Below are positions 47,946 through 59,634 of a stretch of 64,000 nucleotides of DNA, piece by piece. A model generated the notes under the pieces. That model ran no database searches, was not told where the DNA came from, and saw nothing but the letters and a program-made list of their open reading frames with translations. The first letter of the stretch is position 1; each line of letters opens with the position of its first letter. This stretch comes from Tubulanus polymorphus (lineage: Eukaryota > Animalia > Nemertea). Position numbers and translations under genes: made by a program. The stretch is taken from the NCBI RefSeq assembly GCF_964204645.1, contig NC_134030.1, positions 20,358,210 to 20,422,209 on the forward strand, written 5' to 3'.

Positions 47946-49419
47946 TTAATTTAATAAATTATTTGACGCCTGCGAAAACAATGTACAATTTTTGGGATAA
48001 GCTAATGTGGAATTGCAAATTTGAAATCGAAGTTTTAAGAAATTAGAATAACAATGAGGAGAATCGAAAGAACATCTTTGTTCATCAGATTTCTTACATA
48101 AGTTTGTGAAATCAGTCGTGCAGTAGTTTTCACTATTACAGTGAACTGTAGGATTCACTGTAACATTCGGTGTTGAAAAATTCATTTTCTTCGAGGCTTC
48201 CGCTACAATCTACAACACCATCCCGATACAATAGAGAACTGATGCATTCACCTATGTTACAGAGAAACCCGTTGCAAAGTTGCGGACTGCATGCCCGCTC
48301 GTCGGAGCCGTCCTTACAGTTAACGATTTCATTACATCGGTACGATCTATCCACACATTGACCACTAGTACAGCGGAATTATTGGGGCAAACACGGTGGG
48401 TGTAAGCATGAGTTCTCATCGGAGATACGACACAATCTGGTTCAAAGTCGCAGAAACCACTTATCGATACAACCCGTCCATCTGAACAGTGGAACTGACT
48501 ATATAAGTTATACCCCGAACAATCGAGTTCATCTTCACCGTGTTGACAGTCGTTTCTGTTATCACATACGCGACGGTCGCTGATACATGGTCGATCGTTA
48601 CATTTAGTTAAACTGCCACGATTTACAACCGCTTATAGAATCCCACTCTTCACCAGTTACATTATGGGAACATAGCACGGAATGAACGTTGTTTGTCTGA
48701 TTATTCCACTGTTTTATCGACCATCTCAACGACTCGATAAAAGTGATTCCATCCCTTATCAAAACTGGTTCGATCACTTGAAACATTTTTCTAGCACCCA
48801 TAGTCAGTATAGCGCCATATTGGTGTTTAAAACTAAACTCGTCAATTAATGCTTTTATTTCATTTTCCACGTGGCGAGTTACAATACCTATTTCAGCGTG
48901 AAGGTCACGACACAATTCCGTAGCCCTTCAAATATCCAAACCTCGATTGTTGTTCCAATCTGTGAGAATTTGACAACACTTTTCGTCAAAACTTAAACAA
49001 CCTTTTTTTTACGAGTCGAGTTATTTGTTCTATTGGAATTTCGAACACTTCTATTTCCTGTGAAAGAATCGATATCGTCATGAGTATCAGTATTTTCTGT
49101 AATGCTCGTTGTATTTTGATTTTTAATTGCCGAAATTATCCACGCGTTCTGAATCGACGTCAATTCTATCCGATTCACAAATGAAAGTTGTTCGAGTCTC
49201 CTCGATTTGACACGGGAATCGAACCCAGTTCGCTGATCCTCGTGGATTATTCAGTATCATCGCCGTACACGGCATATTGACGTCATTTATCGGTTGTTTT
49301 CGTAGAGGAGATATCAATCCTCGAATAACTTCTGGTATCGTTTCGTTTATCATAGTAGGTTTAAACCACTCTGTGTAGCTCAATGGTTTCCCATCAGTCC
49401 ACGTGTAATAACCATCATT
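47946..49419 (-). pseudogene. Disrupted large exon of a C-type-lectin + LDL-receptor class A repeat receptor (GRL101-like ectodomain architecture)
   Basis: Minus-strand fragments in changing frames: YTWTDGKPLSYTEW..QP..CTAMIL..NWVRFPC..TFICE (C-type lectin), a second lectin-like segment, then LDLa repeats (VCDNRNDCQHGEDELDC; FRCTSGQCVDRSYRCNEIVNCKDGSDERAC; FLCNIGECI..DGVVDC). Several stops and frameshifts (around 49125, 48995, 48605, 48380). I could not confidently identify LRR or 7TM parts. Confidence 0.8.
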
Positions 49420-50050
49420 CTGTTTAAAAATGAAATTCAGTTTCATTCATCGACCACAAAAATCTAAATTACGATTAACTTTAAAGACATTTTTGCTAAC
49501 TAAACAATCATTTAATAGTGCTTAGTATATACTCTTCTATTCAAGTTTCTCGTTTTGGCTTAATTTATTGTTGGATTTGTCGATGACGTCATATATAAAT
49601 GATGACATAACCACGTGCGTATACACCGTACCGGTACTCGCTTTTCGGTTAGAACGGTTGTGTAATATCCATTTCAACTTGACTTGAGTGTCACACGGAG
49701 AGTGACCAGAGGACTGAAATCCCTATTCGGAATAAAGGAACTGACAACTCCGAAGACTTGTTTTTTAAAATGAGATTTTATTCTATACACAAAACTGACA
49801 TATTTTTATACAGAAAACTGATGAAGTTCGGCGGGAAATGAAGAACCAATGAAACATTCCTTAGTGACCAAATTCATTAATTTACTGTGGTATTATGGAA
49901 AATGCCCATTAAACAATACAGTCTATTTCTCCTGTCTATTTCAGATTTCCCCTTTCAGTTTGTCATCATACATGTACGTGTTGCCAGGGTTCTTGTAACC
50001 TCATAACCATATGTTTTTTTACGCTTTATGCACCAGCAATTCCAAACCAC

Positions 50051-52260
50051 AATACCAACGTGATGATATATATGTCTGGAATTGGATTGAAGCTGTTGGT
50101 TTTAAGATTGATATATGATTTAATCAGGGACGAGATCACACTAACCAGATTCAATGTACCGATTGCAAGCTGCGTACCACCAGAGTTAGCGCGGTGATTT
50201 GACTGTACGAGATTTAGCTTAGCTTAAACCTTATGGAATAAATCAACAAGGTTTATATTAGCGCTATACATTTCATTCATATGTAGCGGCATCCTTAGTC
50301 ACTGGATAGATAGGGAGGGCAGGGGGTGGGGGAAGGGGAGAATCGATCAATGGAACAACCAGGGCTATAATAAAACGGGCTGCTTGACTAATAATTACAT
50401 CATCTGAGCTTAGTATGTAGCAGCTCATGACTCTGGGTTGATCAAGCAGAATTTCAGGCTCATGCGGTCTCGATGCCATCAAGTTCGAATCCCTGCCACA
50501 GATGTCCTTTATCAAGTGCCATGGTTTTGGTTGGTGTGATAGCTTCGGTTGGCGAAGGAGGCAAAACATAGATGTGATTTCTTTTTTTTTCAGAAAATGG
50601 TATTCATCATCCTCGCTTGCCAGGGGTCCGGTATCGCTCCCGAACTCGCTTCCACCAGCCCCCTGGCCTCACGACGCGTGATTTCATTAATGGCGCTGTT
50701 GCGCATGACGTCATTTATCGATTTGCGAAATACTTCCTTGTTCAGTAAAACGTTCGCTGATTGGTCCATTAAACGGGAAACCAACAGAAGCCTAATGTTG
50801 TTTGTTACAGGCGCTGTGATTGGTACGAACGGATTCTGGTCGGCTAGTAACGACTACAACGACTCGTGAGGTTAAGGGGTTCGGGGAATGACTTTAACTT
50901 ATTGGGTTCGAATCCCTTGACGGGTGAAGATGGGTGTTTATAGGCCTGGCGCTTTTTCAAACCAACGCGCCGGACGTAAATTTGCTCGAGGCTTCCGACA
51001 AATGTCACTACCTCAAAATAGACATAAAGTGAAAGGTCTTATGTAGAAATCCACACCACCCGGTCCCAACAGGGTTAAGGGTTTGTATCACGTCGGGATC
51101 ATACCCCAACTGTAGTCATTATTCGAAATTGCGCGTGGAACTTGTATTTCAAACGCTGATAATATATCATATAACATCACACATTCATTTGATTACATAA
51201 GCCGCCATACTAAACCAGAGGTGGAAATTTAATAGATATTTATTATCAAAAGCCGCTAACATGTGCTACCAAAACGACTTCTATAAAGTGAGAACGATTT
51301 TGTTTACTATCGTGTCAACACACGTCAAACGAAGAACTCTGTTCGAGTGTATCCTCACTGGTAACGAGGTAAGTGAAGCTATAGACGACAAGCTCAAATA
51401 TTTCATTGCATAGTTACATGTAGATGTTACTCCGTAGATGTAACTCAGTAAATCTGATTGAATCATTTATTTCAGAATGTTTACTAAAACTCTTTTCATC
51501 GCGTTGGCCTTGTTTATGGTCATCGGAGCCGTGGCGGCAACTGATGGTAGGTTTTAATAGTAAATCGATTCAATTGTTTAATTATGCATTTCTAACTCCG
51601 CAAAAAAATAAACTTACGTTCATTCTATGAAACGTAAATTGACGTAGGAAAACTAGGAAAGATCTTTTTCACCCATTTCTCGTGTCTTGTTCGCATACGA
51701 TAAAACGGCAGTCAACCGTTGCTTTTTACTCGAGGCCGATACTCGGGATTCGAACCTGCTTGTTCCCGGTCGTCCGGTTAATGATTGTAATAAGTCCGAG
51801 CTTATTTACAGATGTGCGAAAGGTGAAGAGAGGAACCCCGTGTAAGTGCAAGTCAAAAAAGGGTAAAGGTACATATTACTGGCTCGGTAACCCTAAACCG
51901 GCGAATTGTTGTCATTATCCTTTCGGGGCTTGTTGTTATTAACACAGGAGCTGGAGAGATGTGCAGATATTGAATAAAGACGTCATATTTGTGACATTCA
52001 ATGAGTTGAATAGAAACAGTCAACCTGTATGATTAAATACAACACATGCTCTGTGTTTGTTTCTTGTTTTCTTTTTGTCAACAATTGAGGATGTGTGTCA
52101 GTCATTGCAAGCACTCATTTAAAAGGGTGCCCCGGATTCGAATCCACTCAATTTCAGAGTTGTTCCAATGACAAATGGAGGGTAAACGGTCCGAGATGCT
52201 ACGGGTCGGAACCCAGTCGGAGTGGTACTGCTGAATGACGCGGATGCTGAAGATAAAAAG
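50051..52260 (+). repeat. Segmental duplication unit carrying peptide gene copy 2
   Basis: Begins aataccaacgtgatgata and ends gctgaagat(t)aaaag, like the 41.1-45.6 kb unit, but lacks about 2 kb of its interior. Confidence 0.9.
51477..51942 (+). CDS. Secreted cysteine-rich cationic peptide precursor, copy 2 (toxin/defensin-like, 66 aa)
   Basis: Coding exons 51477-51546 (MFTKTLFIALALFMVIGAVAATD) and 51812-51942 (DVRKVKR-GTPCKCKSKKGKGTYYWLGNPKPANCCHYPFGACCY*). TATAAA at 51282, non-coding exon ending 51368 (GAG|GTAAGT), AATAAA at 51973-51978. Confidence 0.88.
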
Positions 52261-52567
52261 CTCCTACTTAACGGCAACATCTCCCTTTTCGACCTTCATA
52301 CCAACACTCAAATTCTACATAATGTTTCAAAATTTATTCTCAGTAACTACCAACAATTCCAACAATAGACTCCTACATATGTACAGTATCTGCTCTGTTA
52401 GCCTTTTCATATAAACCCAACCATCATGTAACATTTCTAAATTTATGTCTGGCTACGCCGAATTTGTAACTTGTAAATGTTTAACTTAACCCTTTTGCCT
52501 ATAATGTACTTGTAGCCTGGCACTGGTATTTATGTATATTAATATTCGGAATAAACATCTTTATAAC

Positions 52568-52749
52568 TTGGTAATTCGGTGAAACGATGTAACCGGACGT
52601 AGAATCGAGTGGGTACCAAGTGTTGTTACAAGACGAACTGACCGTCACAGAGTCAGACAGATCAGCGTGTGCGATGTTAACTCGCCAGACGATCAGCGAC
52701 GCTATAAACAGCGCTCTCAGTCGAGTGGGTACCAAGTGTTGTTGAACAT
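52568..52749 (-). pseudogene. Frameshifted first exon (signal peptide + start of CUB domain), probably of the same receptor pseudogene
   Basis: ATG at 52749; LRALFIASLIVWRVNIAHA (signal-like) followed by CNNTWYPLDSTSGYIVSPNY (CUB N-terminal C..SGYI.SPNY motif). The ATG is out of frame because of a 23-nt insert. Confidence 0.65.
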
Positions 52750-54446
52750 ATAATCTACAACCGGAAGAGCAGAATCTCGGATCGATGATAATTTCCGACG
52801 TTGAAAAGTTGAAAAATCTTCAATACACGCATTTCGTACGTCAAATTAAAGTACATCATACCGTATCTTCGGTTACAGCGAATTTAATTCTAAGTTTCTT
52901 CCTCATCCAACGGCGCAAAATATAATCAGCATTTCATTCCAAAATTCACAAAATGTCGTTCAGGCTAGAATATTGTCTCGTGCCATTATCTGCTTAAGAA
53001 ACCGCGCTCAGATTTGGATTATGTTAAATTGAATTAAAGTGAATTCATTCAGTACAAAATAATGCGCTGTTTGTACCTCGTACGCGGTTCTCGGATGTTT
53101 CCATTCATTGTGTGAACTGCGCGGTTATATGGACCTTACAAATCACCGCTCCACTGACCACGTATACTAAACGCTGAGTGTGTCGGCTGATATCTGGTCA
53201 GACGGTGGTTGTTCGGTGTTAGGAGTGGTTCGCGTCGCTGTTAATTCAGTAGGATAAAACATAGGCCGTATTCGTGTAAGTTGATAATGTATTTCAGTTT
53301 GATTTACAAATCTACGCGTCGCGCATCCTTAAATAAAACATTTCGATTATTACTCCATTTACAAAAATGCTAAATTTCCTGAAATATAAGGACGCGGAAA
53401 ATGCTAAATTTGTTCCGACTTGTTCGGTTGACTAAATCTTGACTGAAATATTGAATCGATTCGAAACTCGGAGAACCTTCGTTTCTTACATTCATGTGTT
53501 TAGTCGCATACAAGTAGAGGTGCATTTCCGTGTTTTGAGTTCCATTTTCCGTGTTTTGGAGGCTTTGATATATTCCACTTTTTCGTTGTTTTTCTACACG
53601 TTCTGCTGGTTTATATTTTCCAGAAAGCCGTAATAACAGTGTGTAATCTATGATAGATGTCTCAATATATCGACGCGAGTTGTTGCTACTTGGATCGTGG
53701 TCGCGTCGCCGACACGGCTTACACCAGAATGAATTGTACGAATTGTAAGTACGTATTGGTTGAATTCGGAGTTATTTGACCGTTTTATGCTCAATTGAGA
53801 AATATCATTTTTAATGAAAATAATGTTTAGAATAGCTACTTCTACATTGATTTAAACTAGCCAAAACTCGTGATCAATCTGGTCCAGTAATTTGTCATCA
53901 AATTCGGTCTGCATAATTCAAGATTACTGCATATACCGGTATATAAATATATTGAACATGGCTCTAAGTTTAATTTTCATAAACCGGGTTGACACCCTGT
54001 CTCAGGCATCAGGCCTTTACATAGATAATGATTCTTCTAAGTCGAATTAAAAATTTTCATGCGTTCAATTGTTGCTTTTTCAGTGACCAGCAGCCAAGCC
54101 TCACTTTCCTATCATCAGGATCTGATGGCTGCCAGTACTGTGAGGCTGACTAAACCAGCGTTAATTCCGGACCGTGCGAAATAATCCACGATGCTCCACA
54201 CAAAAATTGTCGGTGAGTAGATTTGCTGTTGTTTAAAACTGAATATAACAGTTTAAAATGTACATGAATCGAATCAAATTTTGATAGTGGTCGTTACATT
54301 TTTTTTCAGATAAGCTCTTCTTACCCAGGATCCGTTTGCCAAAGCCTGCTGCCGACAAAACACACAAATACCTAGTGGAGTTCCTCATCGTCAGAACATG
54401 ATTGCTGTTGATGATCGTCTATCTTCCATGGAAAAGATCGAAACAA

Positions 54447-54655
54447 TCCATAAAGCTGCACACTAAGATGAATTGGTGAGTAGACATTTTAACTGTTTGT
54501 TGTATCGGAAACTTAGGTCAGGCCGCGCTTAAGATCATTTATCAAACAGATCCATAAAGCTACACACTAAGATGAATTGGTGAGTAGACATTTTAACTGT
54601 TTGTTGTATCGGAAACTTAGGTCAGGTCGCGCTTAAGCTCATTTATCAAACAGAT
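54447..54655. repeat. 104-bp tandem duplication
   Basis: atccataaagct.cacactaagatgaattggtgagtagac..tcatttatcaaacag present twice. Confidence 0.9.
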
Positions 54656-56989
54656 GGACCCACGTTACAGCAAACCCAGCTAAAATAGACTCCTAACTCT
54701 CCTCTCAACTCAAATTAATTTCCGATCAGTGATTTTTTGTTTTAAATGTTAATTGAAATGATAAAAATTTTACTGATATTCCCTTTCGATTGATCTAGAA
54801 ATTGTATTCGGGCTAAAGATGATAATTTAGATATGGAGGATTTGAGCTAAGATGATTTGTAACAGTTTTCAAAGCAAACTTCCGATTTATTCCGATCATT
54901 TGGATTATGAAATATTAATCGTAAAACCGATTTATAACCCGCTTATAACCGGTTCAATCGTCCGAGACATTTATACATTCTGTGTCATAGTTCAATAACA
55001 CGCTCAATCGTACATTCAATTCTGAACATATTTGAATTTAGTTCATAATCTGAAAACTTTTTACGGTAACAAAGTCATTCGTTGATAGTTTGAAAATTAT
55101 TTTCAAAAAATAAAGTTTTAATTTGCTTTCATCCATTATCTGGCGAAACACTTACATTTCATTCAAAAGTGTCCCGCCAGACCCGTCTGATCGTGAATGA
55201 AAATTGTCTTGAGGTTGAAATCAAACGTGTTCGTTCACATCTAAACTGACAATATCCAATTAAGCTGTATTTGGATTCGAACTCCCTGTAACTTCACGGC
55301 CGTCAACACGCGGATGTCAGTTGGTGGTATCCTGGCCTGAGTTTGGTGATTTTTGGGAGAGGCTCTGCCGATGCATCCAGACACGAGTTCAGAGTTCATA
55401 CAGAGCTCATTCCGACTTGTTCGGTTGACTTAAATCTTGACTGAAATATTGAATCGATTGGAAACTTGGAGAACCTTCGTTTCTCACATTTGAATTAAAT
55501 TAGACTAAATTTAAACTAAATTAGGGAGGCCCTGTTTATCAACGACCCTCTTTAAATCAAAAATTATTCCAAAACGGCTCATCCTTTATCTTGAATGTAT
55601 TCAAATAATTAGCTTGTAATTAAATACTTGGTTTGTAATTAGCCTAGAATTTAGCACTTGTAATTTTGTAACTTATGTTGTATATAAACCTGTAGTTTAA
55701 TCATTTGATTCACTTGTATTTCACCTGATGAGGGGGATATGATCTCGAAACGTTCGTGTCAATAAACTGTATTTACTCATTAGAAAATTACTATGTTTTT
55801 AGTGTTATCGCGTCTATGGTTATTCATACGAACATTTCGGTAGTATAGGAAGGGAGCTGGACTTGCTATCAAATGATTTTGAAGATTAGTTTTCCTAATC
55901 TCCTGTTGAAATTTGAATTCAAGTGAATGTAAGTCATCTCCCCCTAGGAAACCGCCTACAGCGCGACTTAACTCCTTGCAAATTTTAGATAAAAGCGCAA
56001 TAGAGCTGATAAAATAGTTATGTTCTACAGTCGTTACGGTGACTAGACAATCATTGTATAGGCTTATATCGCCTTACAAACGACAGGTCAAGGACGATTG
56101 ACCAGGTTATATCTGATATAATTTCTCTGGTCATATGAAAAAATCGGGTTTGACTTTTCTCGTAATGGCTTCTTATTGTAATGATGTCATGAAATGTACA
56201 GATCCGGGTTGGGGGATTGTGATTGCTAAAAAGGTGGTTCTAAACAACGCAATAGATGTCGCTTCCGCTAATTTACATTTGTTGTATAGTTTTCTCAGGA
56301 GACCTGCGAGGTTAACTCGGTGCGCGGGCACAGGGTGGCACACCGGTCGACCAGCCATTCCAACTACAATTTATTTCCGATTGTAATTTGCTAACCGAAT
56401 CCCGTGAAAACCACTTAGATGTAAACACCTTTTGGAACTTAGATGTGTAAAAAATCTAAATTTAAATTTGGCTAAATTCATCAAAATAGGTCTAAATGTA
56501 TATGAATCCCTCCGGTAGTATATATGTATTGTAAATAGTATAATATGTACATAAGCCTGAGCCCAGTTTATTAAGTTTTAAAAGCTTTTATTTATGTAAT
56601 TATTTCAAATACTGTTTTCCCCCATTATACCATGGGAATGGTTGGAGTGTAATAAATATTTGTATTCATTCCATCTAACGACTGACATTTTATAGACTGG
56701 TTTTTTGCTAGTTCAAGTGGCCTTTCAACGAGGTACAACAGTCAGTATTTATTAGAGGAGGCATGAAGTATTATGTGCAATTGTCTGGAGCGAAAACATG
56801 TAAACGATTGGTTGTTTATTGATTAGTTTTTCGCCGTTTTCGTTTAAGTCTTTTTATCAGAGGAGTCATGAAGTATTTATGTGCAATTTTCTGGAGCGAT
56901 AACATGTTAACGATTGTTTTTGTATTGACTAGTTTATCGCCTCTGCCACCTCGTTCACTTGACCTTTCAACCAAGTTACGTATTACAAA

Positions 56990-59602
56990 CATATTGTTTA
57001 CGTCGTATTGAAGCAAAATTATCTTTAAATACACTGATGTGTTGATTCACGGACAATATTCCGATACAAGAGCTAAACAGACTGATTTAAAGTGGAGCTT
57101 AAAAATAAACATGAAATAAAATAAACCTATTTCGCGTTGGCTCGTGCGTGATGGCCATCGTCGAGTTAGAAAGAGCATTCTCAGAAGATGATGGCACTGC
57201 TGAAATCGTTCATAAATTTCGAATAAAAGTAATGAGATTTTGTGTCAAGTTTGTGTATTAGGATGATTTTGTCAAATCAGTCACAGTGTAAATAGGAACC
57301 AATTGTCAAAACAGAAAATCAGCAGAGTTCAATGAAATGAAGCTCGCATTGGTGCTATTTAAGTTTGTCATCTCCACTTATAACTTAAAACATACCCTGT
57401 TATTTGGACATTGTATGGACGCTACCAATCTGATGCTATTGACCAATTGTCAAAACAGAAAATCAAAATAGTGTTCAATGAAAGAAGCTCGCATTGGTGC
57501 AATTTTAGTTTGCCATCTCCACTTATAACTCAAAACATCACACATCTATTGAGTTGTTAAGATCTACCCTGTTATTAGGACATTGTAAGGACGCTACCAA
57601 AAGGAATATTAAAGGACTTCTCTCCTGATGCCGAGTTTGAAAAATGCTGTTTCTTGTAGGTAGATGAATTCGTATTAGGTGAAATTATTTTTCAACCATG
57701 TGAACAACTATTTAACCAGTATCAGGCGTGTCCTTAGGCCATTGCCTTCCAGCCGTGATATCTGCCTGATAATTCTTATGTCCAGTCTGCTGATTGATTG
57801 CCTAATGTCTTGTATCTTTTCATCGTGCTTAAGTTTGGGGGATCCATGATTGATAAAAGAATGATAATGATTGGGTTTGTACACGGCTCACGCTACAGAC
57901 TGAAACATGCATTAATTCATAAGGTTAAACGTTTTAAATATAGTGTTTACTATAATACCGACCGCTATAGTAACTACGATGTAAATGTGTCCGTCTTAAT
58001 CGTTATAAGTTACAATAATTTTTCACGATTTCCGTTCGGGAAATGTTCCTCCAAGTTGCCCTTATTCATCGATCCGCAAAATTAGGCTCGCAAAATTAGG
58101 TTCGAACCCCACTGAAGCCCCTTCACAATCCGTACTTTGAAGATGACAACGTTCGAATCTGATCCGTCCAGCTTGCATGATCCATTCATGATTTCAGTAA
58201 CCACAACAAATTGTCATAGACAACATTGATAGTAATTTGTTTAAATTTTATTGAACATCAAGTAAAAACTGTAGTTTACAGTACAATTACGCCATCTTTA
58301 TCAATGGTTCTGACTTGACGCCAACATTTTCTGAGAAAAATTAGTGTAAATCTAATACGATGTCAATAAATGTATTACTATTTCATTATCAAATTCGTGA
58401 AATGCCATTATTGGGCGTATCGTTATATCTCGGCCAAATAACTACGTGGGTAACAACGGCAACTGATCTTTTTTAATTTATTTCGCTTTCATCGATAATT
58501 AGTATTGTGTATTAGTAATGCACTTATTGAAAATTTTAATTTTTCTGATAAACTGATGATAAACTGGAGCCTTATAAGGCAGTAGTCAATCAAGAGAAAA
58601 ATTAACGTAGTGTAGTTCTTTGGTCTTCAGAGTTAAAATATGATAATAAGAATGACATTCCCAATCATATACATGAACTGATGTGACCCTGGGGCCGGTT
58701 GCATAGTCATGGCTTAGACTTAAGACCAGTCTAAGACTATTTTAGTTCTATAGCTAATCTAACAGCTTATAAGCAGTCTTAAGTATAACGATTGGTTTTT
58801 CATTGACTAGTTTTTGGCTGTTTGTCACGTCTCGTTCACTCTATGAGGCATAATATCAAATCGGTGAACTTTGGCCACGACCTAGAATTCGATTCCTGTT
58901 CAGGACAGCGATGATGAAATTATAAGCTTTCGACGATCACCAGCCTTTCATTTTTCAACTAACTCAGATGATATTTACGTCGTATGCACAATTTTCTTTA
59001 AATACACTGGAGTGTTGAGTAACGGACAATATTCCGATACAAGAGCTAAACAGACTGATTTAAAGTGAGGTTTAAAATAAACATGAAATGAAATAAACCT
59101 ATTTTGCGTTGGCTCGTGTGTGATGGCCATCGTCGAGTAAGAAAGAGCATTCTCAGAAGATGATGGCACTGTAGAAATTGTTCATAAATTTCGAATAAAA
59201 GTATTGAGATTTTGTGTCAAGTTTGTGTATTAAGATATGATTTTGTCAAATCTGCGACAAGTGTAAATAGGAACCAATTGTCAAAACAGAAAATCAGTAG
59301 AGTTCAATGAAATGAAGCTCGCATTGGTGCAATTTAAGTTTGCCATCTCCACTAATAACTTAATACATCACACATCTATTGAGTTGTTAAGAACTACCCT
59401 GTTATTTGGATATTGTAAGGACGCTACCAATCTACGACTCCTTTGCTGATGCCGAGTTTGGAAAATGCTGTTTCTTGTAGGTAGATGAATTCGTATATAG
59501 TTGAAATTATTTTTCAACCATGTCAAATAGTAAAACTCATTAGTTTTTTTTTGGTAACGAGGGTTCAATAAATGCAATGTAATAATAATAATAATAATAA
59601 TG

Positions 59603-59634
<32 letters not shown>

